The position numbers and the translations under genes are program-made. From a virus (lineage: Duplodnaviria > Caudoviricetes), in the IMG/VR virus record IMGVR_UViG_3300012894_000001, positions 1 through 59,213 of that record: 59,213 nt of DNA. One strand, 5' to 3'. Each line of letters begins with the position of its first letter. Positions within the stretch are counted from its first letter, which is position 1. Below the pieces are notes generated by a model that saw only the letters and a program-made list of their open reading frames with translations, did no database searches and was not told the origin of the DNA. Shown here piece by piece: positions 34,409-43,788 of the stretch.

Positions 34409-36886
34409 TCACCGCGTACCTGCCCCAATCTCTGAACTGTACTGACCCAGAAGCTTCGTACCACCCTCGTACAGCGCCTGGGCGATCTGCTTCGGATCTG
34501 CCCCGGCCTCAACGCTGATGTGCTGAATGATCGTCGGCCCGTCTTTCGCCCAGCGGTCATTCAGCTTCTCTGCGGCTTCCTTGCTGGTGATAACGCCGTC
34601 CTTATCAGTATCGAGCCCAACATTGCTCTTGTAGTACATGCTGGTGTTCGGATCATTCGCGCTCCAGATCGGCCCAGTGTTGTTCGCGCTTCCGCTGAGG
34701 ACCGCCATGTAAAGCTGCTCAAGGGTCGCGCCCTTCTTCACCCCGTGCATGGTCAGGTACTTCTCAATCAGCGGAAGCTGCTCGGCCCGCGTCATGCCGC
34801 GGATGCTGTTCAGATTCGTACCCAGCTCTCCGGCTGCGGCAGATTGGAACTGAATCAGGCCCGCATTGATGAGATGACCGTCCGCGTTTTTGCGAAACGA
34901 TCTAGGATCAGCCCCACTCTCTAGATTGATGACTTTGAGCAGGTCGAGTGGTTTGAAACCCAACCGCTTACCCATGTCAATCAACCCAGAAGTAAAGCTG
35001 TCGTCTCCTTTGTCATACACCTGTTTTTCAGGAGTATAAGTTTGGCCCGTAAAACCACTGACAAGCTGTTGCCAACCGTTTATGGCTCCTTTTACTGGGT
35101 CATAGTGCAGCACTCGGTTAAATCCAGTCGCGTCTTCAGGCTTCTCGATTATCAGCTTAATAATTGGATTGTCTTTAAGTGACTCCATAAAAGTAGCGAA
35201 TTTCTCGAAGTGACCGTACAGGCCGTCCCCGGCCGCCTTCAGCCCGACAATCGCCCCGATGACAAGTCCAACGATCCCAAAGACGCGGAGCCACAGGCTT
35301 GCCAGTGCCGCGGCTCCACCGTTTGCTGCTGCCCAGGCACCGGCCATGCCTCGGAGGCCCAGCCATGCGCCGTACAGGATGCCCCGCCAACCACCCATGA
35401 GGACGGTAAACACTCTGGTGATCGGGGTCAGCACCGCCATGATCCGCTGGAGCCTCGCCAGCCAGAGCGCGTTGAGAACACCATTGGCCGCCAGCATGGG
35501 CAATGCTGCGTTCAGGAGTGTCACGGCAGCCAAGAGGCGGAAGATGGCTGGGATAGGCCCTAGGACAAAGCCCATCGCCAGTCCGAAGACCTTGAAGGCT
35601 ACCGCGCCACCAATCAGGTAGCCGAGGATGCGGGCCAGGTTGTCGCCGCCCTCGGTGCCGAGCAGTCCGAAGGCTTTCAGCAGCATCCGGATCGGGCGGA
35701 TAACCACCTCGGCCACGCGCCAGAGGAACATCAAGCCTTCGCCGACGCCACGAGCGAAGGCAATGACCTTGGGCCCCGCCCCGCTCCACCAACGACCGAA
35801 ACGATCAAGACTGTCGAGCAACCTGTTGATGAGTTGTGTTGCTCGGTCGCCCTCGGTGGCATCCGCCAGCGGGCCGAAGATGGCCTTGCTGATGGTCGCC
35901 ATACCCTTCGTGATGCTGTCTTTGATCCGGCTCCCTGGCGGCTTGTTGAAATCGGTCAAGTTGACGAGATTGGACATAAACCGCTTGGCGTCGTCCAGTC
36001 CTCCAGCGTCGAACAGGTTGGAGAAGATCCGCTGAGGTCGGCTCAAGAGTGTGCTGATGAGACCCAGGAAGGTTCGACTCTGCCTGTCCATGCTGCCTGC
36101 ATAATCGGTATTCAAGCCGTTCACGATGGCATTGATGGCAGCGGTTCCGCTGATCCGTCCCGCCTCCTGAAGCTTCCGGTAGTTAGGGCCGAACGCCTTA
36201 ACCAGATAGTCGTTCGTCCCGATGCCCGCTTCCTGGAGTTGAAGCAGCTCATCACCTTGCAGGACGCCTTTCGACTTGATCTGACCAATGGCCCGGTTGA
36301 TCGCCTCCCACTTCTGGGCGGCGTCGCCGGGATCAGCACCGAGCGCAGATGCAGCATCACCTGTGATACGCCCGAGCCCTTGCACTTGACTGAAGGTGAA
36401 TTTACTGGCCAGGAGCTGCTTCACAGCGGCGTTCACATCGTTGTCCTGGTAAGGTGTCAAGTCAGCAAACTGGGCAATCCACCCAGCGGCGCTCTTGATC
36501 TGCGCCTGGTTATTCGTCTTCAGCAAAGTACCAAGACTCAGCAGCTGCCCTTCCCGTGCTCCAGCGCCCCCCAGGGCGGCCTTCCCAGCAGCCCCAGCTA
36601 GAGCGACCGGGGCAAGCGCCAGAAGGCCCGTCAAAGCCATGCTGATGCGTCGCGCCCGGAGGTGGGTACGCTCCATGCTGGCGTTGGTCTTCTCGACGGC
36701 GGCAGTGATGCGGTTGGACGCCCGTACCCCGTCATCTCCATAGCGCCCGAAGGTGCGGCCGTTACGGCCAGTCGCCCGCTCGATCTGGTCGAGTTGTCTC
36801 TGCATCCGATCCAGCCGATTGATGATCTGCTGTGCCGGGGTGCTTATCCGGTCGATCAGCCGCAATACGAAGTCCACTCCCGACAT
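34409..36886 (-). CDS. Tape measure protein with C-terminal lysozyme-like domain
   Basis: FADLTPY, IGQIKSKGVLQGDELLQLQEAGI tape-measure motifs; VINLESG..GLIQF..QL..YL transglycosylase-like C-terminus. Confidence 0.92.
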   Translation of the reverse strand: MSGVDFVLRLIDRISTPAQQIINRLDRMQRQLDQIERATGRNGRTFGRYGDDGVRASNRITAAVEKTNASMERTHLRARRISMALTGLLALAPVALAGAAGKAALGGAGAREGQLLSLGTLLKTNNQAQIKSAAGWIAQFADLTPYQDNDVNAAVKQLLASKFTFSQVQGLGRITGDAASALGADPGDAAQKWEAINRAIGQIKSKGVLQGDELLQLQEAGIGTNDYLVKAFGPNYRKLQEAGRISGTAAINAIVNGLNTDYAGSMDRQSRTFLGLISTLLSRPQRIFSNLFDAGGLDDAKRFMSNLVNLTDFNKPPGSRIKDSITKGMATISKAIFGPLADATEGDRATQLINRLLDSLDRFGRWWSGAGPKVIAFARGVGEGLMFLWRVAEVVIRPIRMLLKAFGLLGTEGGDNLARILGYLIGGAVAFKVFGLAMGFVLGPIPAIFRLLAAVTLLNAALPMLAANGVLNALWLARLQRIMAVLTPITRVFTVLMGGWRGILYGAWLGLRGMAGAWAAANGGAAALASLWLRVFGIVGLVIGAIVGLKAAGDGLYGHFEKFATFMESLKDNPIIKLIIEKPEDATGFNRVLHYDPVKGAINGWQQLVSGFTGQTYTPEKQVYDKGDDSFTSGLIDMGKRLGFKPLDLLKVINLESGADPRSFRKNADGHLINAGLIQFQSAAAGELGTNLNSIRGMTRAEQLPLIEKYLTMHGVKKGATLEQLYMAVLSGSANNTGPIWSANDPNTSMYYKSNVGLDTDKDGVITSKEAAEKLNDRWAKDGPTIIQHISVEAGADPKQIAQALYEGGTKLLGQYSSEIGAGTR

Positions 36887-37080
36887 CACTCACCCCCTTT
36901 CGCCATGGTTTGCAGATGAACCCGTTGGAGCTGGGCGTGCCACATCGCCCCAAGAAGGGCGTTTTCACTGGGTTCTCCCTCTTCCATTTCGCCTTGCTGA
37001 AATGCCAGGAGACACCGCGCGAGCCGCCGCAATCGCCCCGCATCCACCTCTCTATTCAGGGCTTTCCAGGCCTCAGCGAA
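36886..37080 (-). CDS. Putative frameshifted extension of the tail assembly chaperone (gpGT-like)
   Basis: 64-codon open frame at +1 relative to the chaperone, ending in TGATG overlap with the tape measure ATG. Confidence 0.6.
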   Translation of the reverse strand, partial: FAEAWKALNREVDAGRLRRLARCLLAFQQGEMEEGEPSENALLGAMWHAQLQRVHLQTMAKGGE

Positions 37081-37462
37081 ACGTCTTCTCTTTCACCTCG
37101 GCGTCGCTGCCCGCTTCCTTCATGATCTGCGTGTAGATCTGCGTGACCACCATCGGGTACTTGGCGAACAGCCCGTCAATTTCACCGCTTTCCGGGGCCA
37201 CTGCCAACAGTCGGGTGAAGTTCCGCATCGCCGGGGTAGCGGGCTGGTCCTTGTCCTTCAGCTTGCTCAGGCTCAGCACGTGCTGGTCGAGTTCCGTCTG
37301 ACTGGGCTTACGGAGAATCAGGTCGAACTCGTGGTCGCCCTGCTCAATCCCCCAGATCTTCAAAGCGCCGTTGTGCTCGATGTTCAGGATCTTGAACTCT
37401 TCCTTGGTCAGTCCTGCGATCCGCTGTTCAGTAGCCTGCGTGCTTCCTTCGGTGTTGGTCAT
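37073..37462 (-). CDS. Tail assembly chaperone
   Basis: Position between tube and tape measure genes; ILRKPS motif. Confidence 0.75.
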   Translation of the reverse strand: MTNTEGSTQATEQRIAGLTKEEFKILNIEHNGALKIWGIEQGDHEFDLILRKPSQTELDQHVLSLSKLKDKDQPATPAMRNFTRLLAVAPESGEIDGLFAKYPMVVTQIYTQIMKEAGSDAEVKEKTFR

Positions 37463-37517
37463 AAAAACCTCGCTTGAAATGGATTTCTGGGCCGGAATTT
37501 CTTCCGGCGCGTTTGGG

Positions 37518-37970
37518 TTACTTCAGGCCGGTGGGCATCTGGCTGAACGGTGCGTGTCCATTCCAGAGGATCACGCGGGGTTTAAAGCCGATGTTCCGCA
37601 TCAGGGGATCCGCTCCGCTGCTGTCGCTGGCGCCACGCTTGGTGAAGCGGCAACCCTGAAGGGTGTCGATCGTCAGCTTGCTGTCACCATGCTTCTGGTA
37701 GGCGTTGGTGATGGTAAAAGACGCCTCGTAGAAGGTGGTCTTCACGGTGTCCATCAGCAGGGCGAAGTCGTCGGCGAACATGTCCAGCGAGGAATCGTCG
37801 GTCTTATAAATTCCTGCGGTGAGGGCCAGGACGATCCGGCTGTTGCCATCCACGTCGCCGCGCTCCAATGAGTCGCCATAGGAGTAGGTTTTGACGGTAT
37901 ATTCGACAGCTCCGATCTTGAGCGTCGTGTGGACGAAGCTGGCAGCCTCGCCGTCTAGAGAGAACTTCAT
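37518..37970 (-). CDS. Tail tube protein
   Basis: 150 aa beta-rich protein after the sheath; DTLQGCRFT motif. Confidence 0.85.
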   Translation of the reverse strand: MKFSLDGEAASFVHTTLKIGAVEYTVKTYSYGDSLERGDVDGNSRIVLALTAGIYKTDDSSLDMFADDFALLMDTVKTTFYEASFTITNAYQKHGDSKLTIDTLQGCRFTKRGASDSSGADPLMRNIGFKPRVILWNGHAPFSQMPTGLK

Positions 37971-39406
37971 GCGCTACCCCCGGTCGTCGTGGTGGGCTGG
38001 ACTGCCGCGCCAGCATTCAAGAGGGCCAATGCCGGATTGACGAAGCCGATGCGCAGGCCGATCTCCCGCATATATCCAAGCGGGATGATGCCCAGGTCGG
38101 CCTCAAACCGCTTGGTGCTCAGGATGTTGATCGTCCGATCGGCACGGACCCGAATGCCGCTCACGTTGCTTCCCAGCGCGGCCTGAATCTCATTGGTCAC
38201 GAAGGATTCGAGAGCCAGCGCCTCGGTCTCCAAGATATGTCCAGTCGTGGTGTCCACCGGGATGTCGTCGCCCAGGTACACCTGCATGGCGAGATTCCCG
38301 ATGCGGGCGGCCTCATCAGCCACTTCTCGCGCTTGGATCTCGTCGTAATCGGAACCGATCACGCTCATCATCGGCCAGTTACCGGCGTAGATGCCTTCGC
38401 GGCCGTCGATGGTCCGCAGACTGGCGTAGCGGGTCGTGGCGCCGTACAGATTGGCGTCGAACGTCAGATCGCCCATACCGATCATGGCCCCAGAGCGGAC
38501 ACGATAACTGGCCTCGCCGATCGGTACGGTGCTCCGGCGGCGGCTGAGCACCCAGGCGCTGTTATGGACCTCGACACGCTGCGTGAGAGGGTTATAGACC
38601 TCGCCACCATCGAGGGCCAGTGCGATACGGCTACTGGCGAGGTTGCCGAAGAGCGCATTCAGGCTATTCACGTAGTCGCTGTAGCTCTCTCCGGCATTCA
38701 TCGGGCGAGCTTCGAGCAGCACATTGGTGAAGTATTCGCGCTGCTCTCGTTCGGCGAGAATGCTGTCCACTCCGGCGAACAGGGCAGGCGTGGCCGTACC
38801 CAGGATGTGCACGAAGCGGATCTTCGGGCGCGTCGTCAGCAGTGCGCTGAGGCCCGTCACGACATCGCTCAGGGTTGCCGTCGGCGCGGTCGCACTCAGG
38901 GTGTGGGTATCACCAACGGCCAACGTGCCTGACCCAAAAGTCAGGGTGATACCCAGACCGTTGAGCACGATGATCCCGTTGACCGGCAGCGCCTGCTCAG
39001 TACCGTCATTGCCGTTCACGGTCAGGATATAAGCGGGTCCGGCCTGCCCAACGGTTCCGCCACGAGTGAAGGTCACCCGTGCCACCAGCGCGTCGGTGGG
39101 AGCGCCGCTTGGGGTGGCGACGCTGGAGCCCGTTCCAGTTTTTGTGACGGTACTGACTGTACCTGCCACGCTGCCCGGGATGCGCCAACCGATCACTGGT
39201 GCAGTCTCGATCAGAGCCACAGCCAAGGCGTTCGCCAAGGGGCCACTGGAGAAGGTAGTGGATACCTGAGAGGGTCGGGTGAGCACCTGCGCACTACCGA
39301 GCGGCCCTGCAGCGGCCACGCCGATCTTGGCATGCACATCACCAAGGGGCGGGATGATGCCCAAGTTGAAATCTTGGAAGCGGACGTCGACATTGGCTAG
39401 GGTCAC
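37967..39406 (-). CDS. Contractile tail sheath protein (DUF2586-like)
   Basis: 479 aa; DRTINILST..IIPLGYMREI..IGFVNP C-terminal sheath motif. Confidence 0.88.
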   Translation of the reverse strand: MTLANVDVRFQDFNLGIIPPLGDVHAKIGVAAAGPLGSAQVLTRPSQVSTTFSSGPLANALAVALIETAPVIGWRIPGSVAGTVSTVTKTGTGSSVATPSGAPTDALVARVTFTRGGTVGQAGPAYILTVNGNDGTEQALPVNGIIVLNGLGITLTFGSGTLAVGDTHTLSATAPTATLSDVVTGLSALLTTRPKIRFVHILGTATPALFAGVDSILAEREQREYFTNVLLEARPMNAGESYSDYVNSLNALFGNLASSRIALALDGGEVYNPLTQRVEVHNSAWVLSRRRSTVPIGEASYRVRSGAMIGMGDLTFDANLYGATTRYASLRTIDGREGIYAGNWPMMSVIGSDYDEIQAREVADEAARIGNLAMQVYLGDDIPVDTTTGHILETEALALESFVTNEIQAALGSNVSGIRVRADRTINILSTKRFEADLGIIPLGYMREIGLRIGFVNPALALLNAGAAVQPTTTTGGSA

Positions 39407-39627
39407 TCAATCACCTCCTGGAGCACTTCGGTGTGCGCGGCCCGGAAATCGGCCTCACTCACTTCCAGGCCAGCGGGCCAGTTCTTCTGCGCGGCCACGG
39501 CGGCGAGCTGCCAGCCGGACACGCCCTGAAGGGCGGCCTGCTGCTCAAACGGAAGCAGGCCAGCTTGTGGGCTGGCCTGCTCAGGGGGACTGCTCGAAGA
39601 TGGTTGTTCCTTCGGGTTCTGGGCCAT
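39403..39627 (-). CDS. Small conserved pre-sheath protein
   Basis: W..G.EVSEADFRAA motif; GTGA coupling to the sheath gene. Confidence 0.7.
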   Translation of the reverse strand: MAQNPKEQPSSSSPPEQASPQAGLLPFEQQAALQGVSGWQLAAVAAQKNWPAGLEVSEADFRAAHTEVLQEVIE

Positions 39628-40102
39628 GTGTGGGCTCCTGTGGAATGAGGATGGTCAGTGGAAGCTGGAAGACATGCTGGGTGAACTGCTCGACTCGGAC
39701 GCGGGTAACATCCGTCTTCTCGACAGTGCTCGGAGTCAGCACCGTCATGCGGGCCACCCGTACTGGAAGGTTGTTCCAGGTCTCGGTGCCGTAGCGGATG
39801 ATGACGCTGTCCACCTTCCCTCCGAGGGGAATTAAGGCACCTAACACCGTCAGGGCCAGGTCACGGGCCTGGTCGAAGCGAGTGGCGCGGCAGATGTACT
39901 CAGTGGCTCCCGTCGCTGATGCCAGCGCCTCCGGCTTGTTCTTCGTCAGAGGCGACAGCACGTCAGAGAGCGGCAACATCACCACGTGTGGCAGCCGGGG
40001 CTGATCAATCAGCTTTTCCGGCCCAAGGAAGACTGGGAGTTTGCCGCTGTCCAGCTCGGGCGAGGTCAGCGCGGCCTGTAGAGCCTCCCAGGTGTCCTCC
40101 AT
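39581..40102 (-). CDS. Putative tail terminator/completion protein
   Basis: Position and size between neck genes and sheath. Confidence 0.6.
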   Translation of the reverse strand: MEDTWEALQAALTSPELDSGKLPVFLGPEKLIDQPRLPHVVMLPLSDVLSPLTKNKPEALASATGATEYICRATRFDQARDLALTVLGALIPLGGKVDSVIIRYGTETWNNLPVRVARMTVLTPSTVEKTDVTRVRVEQFTQHVFQLPLTILIPQEPTHGPEPEGTTIFEQSP

Positions 40103-40530
40103 CAGAGGCTCCCGTACTTCGAGTTGAGGTACACCGTGAACGAGGCCACGATGGCCTTCTCGAACCTGGGCGGCAGGTCGTCCTGGGGCAGGTACGGGCG
40201 AGCCACGCTGGTGCGGGTGCCGTACTGGTTGAATCGGTCGTAACCGATGCTCCTAGGCAGGCCGCTAGTCTTGACCACCACGTCCCGCACGTCCGCCCGC
40301 CAGACGATGCCGTCGCGCAGCTTGCGGGTGTCGGTCAGGGTCTTGCGGCCTTCACGCTGCGCCGCCCGGCTGGGCCGCCAGGGCACGCCGTACGGGTCGC
40401 TCTCGGTGTCGAAACCGACCTGCACCTGCTCGACGATGGCCTGCCCCGCCAGGTTGCTCAGGTCGTGCAGCATCTGGTCGGAGCCGAGGTCGCGCAGCCC
40501 GCGCTTGAGCCGTTCGAACTCCGGGTTCAC
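40102..40530 (-). CDS. Virion morphogenesis (Mu gpG/P2 gpS-like) protein
   Basis: DPYGVPWRP..LTDTRKLR..NQYGT..ARPYLP. Confidence 0.85.
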   Translation of the reverse strand: MNPEFERLKRGLRDLGSDQMLHDLSNLAGQAIVEQVQVGFDTESDPYGVPWRPSRAAQREGRKTLTDTRKLRDGIVWRADVRDVVVKTSGLPRSIGYDRFNQYGTRTSVARPYLPQDDLPPRFEKAIVASFTVYLNSKYGSL

Positions 40531-41012
40531 AGCCCGCCCACGATCAAGGGGATGGACGACGGCGACCACTCCGGCGCACCGGGTGTGCTCGTCTCGACGT
40601 CCACGACCTCGAACGGGGGCAGCACTGTCCCGGCGGGGAACAGGGCGTCGAAGGCCCGACCCTGATTGAGCCAGGCCGCCACGACCTCGTTCGGATCGCG
40701 CCGGGTCTCACTGTTGCCGTCCACCGCGCGGGTGCGCCAGAGGGTCGGATCACCGAGGTACATCCGGGCGGCCGTGACGTGCGGGCGGTATCCGAGGACG
40801 GTGCCGTCCGGCAGCTTGACCGCGTCCAGTTCGGCCAGGGCGTCGATGGCCTGGTCCGAGCGGCTGAACTCCGGCCACACGTCGCCGTGGGTCGGCTCGT
40901 TGGTGCGGACGTTTGGGTAGTCGCGCAGGTATTGCCGCACCCACGCCAGCGCCCAGTCGGGGGAGTCCAGCTGGATCGGGGAGAGGTTGCCTTCTTCGTA
41001 GGTGCGGGCCAT
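40527..41012 (-). CDS. Putative head-tail adaptor
   Basis: GGAGGTG SD; position after capsid genes. Confidence 0.6.
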   Translation of the reverse strand: MARTYEEGNLSPIQLDSPDWALAWVRQYLRDYPNVRTNEPTHGDVWPEFSRSDQAIDALAELDAVKLPDGTVLGYRPHVTAARMYLGDPTLWRTRAVDGNSETRRDPNEVVAAWLNQGRAFDALFPAGTVLPPFEVVDVETSTPGAPEWSPSSIPLIVGGL

Positions 41013-41026
41013 TGGTCACCTCCAAA

Positions 41027-41578
41027 TTAAAAATTTGTTGACGCAAAACTACCGAATTTTTCTATCGCGGCTTTGTCGTATGCCAAAGCCGCTTCTAAAG
41101 CAGTCGGAAAGAATCCAATATGTACTTGCGTTCCATTGACTCGAATGTATGCACGGTACTTTTCGGCTTTCCTATTTTCACGGTATGTGACGCCCTTAAA
41201 CCCCGATTTGCTATCCACACGCAATACAGCGTTTCTTTGGTTGTCTTGGTTACTACAGACTCTCAAATTACAGATGCGATTATCCAGCTTATCGTGATTT
41301 ATGTGGTCAACAGAATCATTCTCAGAGGGTGAAAGAATTAAGCGATGCATTCGGATGTTGAATGCATGTATTTCTTCGCCCTTGGGAATTACTCTTTTCC
41401 CTCCCAAAAAGACTCTGGGATACCAACAAGCGGCATAACCACCAGTGAAAGCCCATGTGTATTGGGAGAGCAGATCGAACTTATCTTCATCTACTACAGC
41501 AAATCTCCCACGACCTTTCTTGCCGCTGAGAGGAATGAGTCGAGCCCCATCTGGACAAATAAAATCGCTCACAGGCAT
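41027..41578 (-). CDS. HNH-AP2 homing endonuclease
   Basis: MHRLIL..VDHINHDKLDNRICNLR..N..N plus SGFKGV..IGFF.TALEAALAYDKAA..FG AP2 domain; AT-rich. Confidence 0.93.
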   Translation of the reverse strand: MPVSDFICPDGARLIPLSGKKGRGRFAVVDEDKFDLLSQYTWAFTGGYAACWYPRVFLGGKRVIPKGEEIHAFNIRMHRLILSPSENDSVDHINHDKLDNRICNLRVCSNQDNQRNAVLRVDSKSGFKGVTYRENRKAEKYRAYIRVNGTQVHIGFFPTALEAALAYDKAAIEKFGSFASTNF

Positions 41579-41737
41579 CTCCCGTGAGCCGAGGTTGAAA
41601 TAGCAGTTTCAGGGCCATAAACTGGCCACTGAGCCGCACACTCGGCTCCCGTCCAGAGGCGTTAGCGCGCCGTCTGGACATTTCTATTTTAACACTTTTA
41701 CCGTCCCAGAGCTGCTCAAGGTGGATTTGTGGTGCGG

Positions 41738-42232
41738 TTACTGCTCGGCAGGCGTCGGGGCGACGAGGACTTCCAGCACCTTGTCGGCCAGCCGCTCGCC
41801 GATGCCCTGGATGGCGATCAGGCGCTCACGGGCGTCATCCGGCAGGGCCAGCGTGTCGGGCGTGGTGACCGGGGCGGCTTCCAGTTCGGCCACCTTCGCC
41901 TTCAGCTCGTCCTCGCGCTTCAGGCTGTCGGCGGTGTCCTGCAGCAGACTGTTGCGCTCGGTCTGCCATTCGCCGGTCTTGCCTTCCAGGTCCTGCGACA
42001 CCTCGGCCAGGGTGGCCTTCAGGCTGTCGCGCTCACTGGTCAGGGCGTCGAGCTTGGCCTGAAGCTCCTGCTGGCCCGCCTCGGCCTGGGCGATCAGGCT
42101 GTCGCGGTGCTCGATGACCTGCGCGAGCTGGGCCTCGACGTTCGGCGCGTCGATCTCGCTCAGCAGCTTGCCCTCTGCGGTCACGGCGTCGCCGTTCGAG
42201 TTCACGAATCCGTCGCCTCGTTGGAAGATCAC
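41738..42232 (-). CDS. Coiled-coil protein with C-terminal helix-hairpin-helix
   Basis: LIAIQGIGERLADKV HhH motif; coupled to the capsid gene. Confidence 0.7.
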   Translation of the reverse strand: MIFQRGDGFVNSNGDAVTAEGKLLSEIDAPNVEAQLAQVIEHRDSLIAQAEAGQQELQAKLDALTSERDSLKATLAEVSQDLEGKTGEWQTERNSLLQDTADSLKREDELKAKVAELEAAPVTTPDTLALPDDARERLIAIQGIGERLADKVLEVLVAPTPAEQ

Positions 42233-43377
42233 AGGGTGCCTCCAAGGGTCGGGTCCTGGTACACGCCGGCGGTCGCCGCGTTGAACTGGGCCACGGCCGC
42301 CACGCCACGGTTGCGCACGCCGAAGCCGATCTCACGGCCCCAGTACTCGCTCTGCAGCGGGAAGGTCACGATCTGCCCGACCATCCGCAAACCAGGCGTA
42401 CCGACCACCGCGTCCTCGCCGGTCGGCTCACGTCGCCCGATGGCCGGGACAGCCGCCGCCGCGTTCGCCACCGCGCCGTAGTTCGGGAAGATCCAGCTCT
42501 TCACCCAGACGTCGGTGCCGTTGTAACGCCCGATCAGCCGGTTGTTGCTCCGGCCGGTGTCGAGGCGCTGCACGGTGATGCTCTGGGTGGTAGCGACCAC
42601 GATGTTCGGGTCGACCGCCGCCGTGAAGCCGGGGAAGGTGCGCACGGTGGCCTCCTGCGCCACGTTGATGTACGTCTCCAGGCGGTTGTTGTTGCTGTGC
42701 TCGGCCACGTTGTTGATCAGCGCGTCCAGGGCGGCCGGGGTGAAGGCCGTGAAGGCCATGTAATGGTTGTGGGTGCCGTCGAAGGTCTCGCCGTTCGGGC
42801 CCATCGGGGGCGCGACCCCGTCGGCGTTGTAGAGCGCCTTCAGGCTCAGGCTCATGTTGTCCCGCAGCCAGTCCACGAAGGTCGAGTTCGTCGGGTTGAA
42901 GAGGGTGTTGCGCACCTGCCGGATGGTGTTCCGGATGTCAGCGGACTGGGCGTTCAGGGTGGCCAGAGCCACCTGCGCGGGCGTCGCGCGGTGCAGGTAA
43001 TCGGCGGTGAAGCCCACACCGAACTGGTAGCGCTTGATCGGAATGCCGATCTGCTCGGGCGTGCCGACCTTCTGGGTGCGCACGCGGCCGTACTCGTCGA
43101 CCTCGGCCATGTCGCCGTCGAGCATCATGCCGCTGGCGTCGGGCACGATCCTGCTGGAGACCGGGGCGACCAGGGTGGAGGTCATGTCGTTGGCGATGCT
43201 GTTGTGGATCGCCAGTTCGGCCTGCACGGCGGCCTGCACGTCTTCCAGGCCGAAGAGGATCACGGTCTGGTTGGTGACGTTCTGCAGGTCGCGCAGGTCG
43301 TGGGTGCCGGTGCGACCTGCGCGCGGCACGTTGGCGAAGGCCAGCGCGGTGGAGAGGAACAGGAACTGCTTCATCAT
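42229..43377 (-). CDS. Major capsid protein
   Basis: 382 aa, strongest codon bias, after scaffold and decoration genes; FDGTHNHY motif. Confidence 0.85.
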   Translation of the reverse strand: MMKQFLFLSTALAFANVPRAGRTGTHDLRDLQNVTNQTVILFGLEDVQAAVQAELAIHNSIANDMTSTLVAPVSSRIVPDASGMMLDGDMAEVDEYGRVRTQKVGTPEQIGIPIKRYQFGVGFTADYLHRATPAQVALATLNAQSADIRNTIRQVRNTLFNPTNSTFVDWLRDNMSLSLKALYNADGVAPPMGPNGETFDGTHNHYMAFTAFTPAALDALINNVAEHSNNNRLETYINVAQEATVRTFPGFTAAVDPNIVVATTQSITVQRLDTGRSNNRLIGRYNGTDVWVKSWIFPNYGAVANAAAAVPAIGRREPTGEDAVVGTPGLRMVGQIVTFPLQSEYWGREIGFGVRNRGVAAVAQFNAATAGVYQDPTLGGTL

Positions 43378-43778
43378 GCCACCTTCGAGCCGAAGCTCCG
43401 GGTGCAGATCAGGTCGCGGGTGGAGACCGCGAAGAAGCTGCCCGTGGTGTCCTTCGTGCCGGCCGCGTCGCCGATCTGGCCGGCGGCGTCCGAGAGGAAG
43501 TAGGTCTTGCCGGTAATCAGGGTCCCCTCAGCGGCCAGGAACTGGATGCTCAGGCCGTAGCAGGTGATCGGCTGGCCTTTCGCGGCCTTGCGGGGCGAGA
43601 TGCCGAAGAACTGCGCGCCGGTCGTGCCGACCCAGCGGTAGACGAGGCCGTCGGCGCGGAGCTCGAGCGGCTGGCCGGCGAGGACATCCTCACCGAGCAA
43701 CTTGCCCGCGTGCTGCTGGGCGAACTGGGCACTGGTCGTGTCGATGGACGACCGCGGGCTGATGATGATGTTGGCCAT
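43374..43778 (-). CDS. Head decoration/cement-like protein
   Basis: 134 aa between scaffold and capsid; GEDVLAGQP..GKTYFLS..G pattern. Confidence 0.7.
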   Translation of the reverse strand: MANIIISPRSSIDTTSAQFAQQHAGKLLGEDVLAGQPLELRADGLVYRWVGTTGAQFFGISPRKAAKGQPITCYGLSIQFLAAEGTLITGKTYFLSDAAGQIGDAAGTKDTTGSFFAVSTRDLICTRSFGSKVA

Positions 43779-43788
43779 TTAAAGCTCC

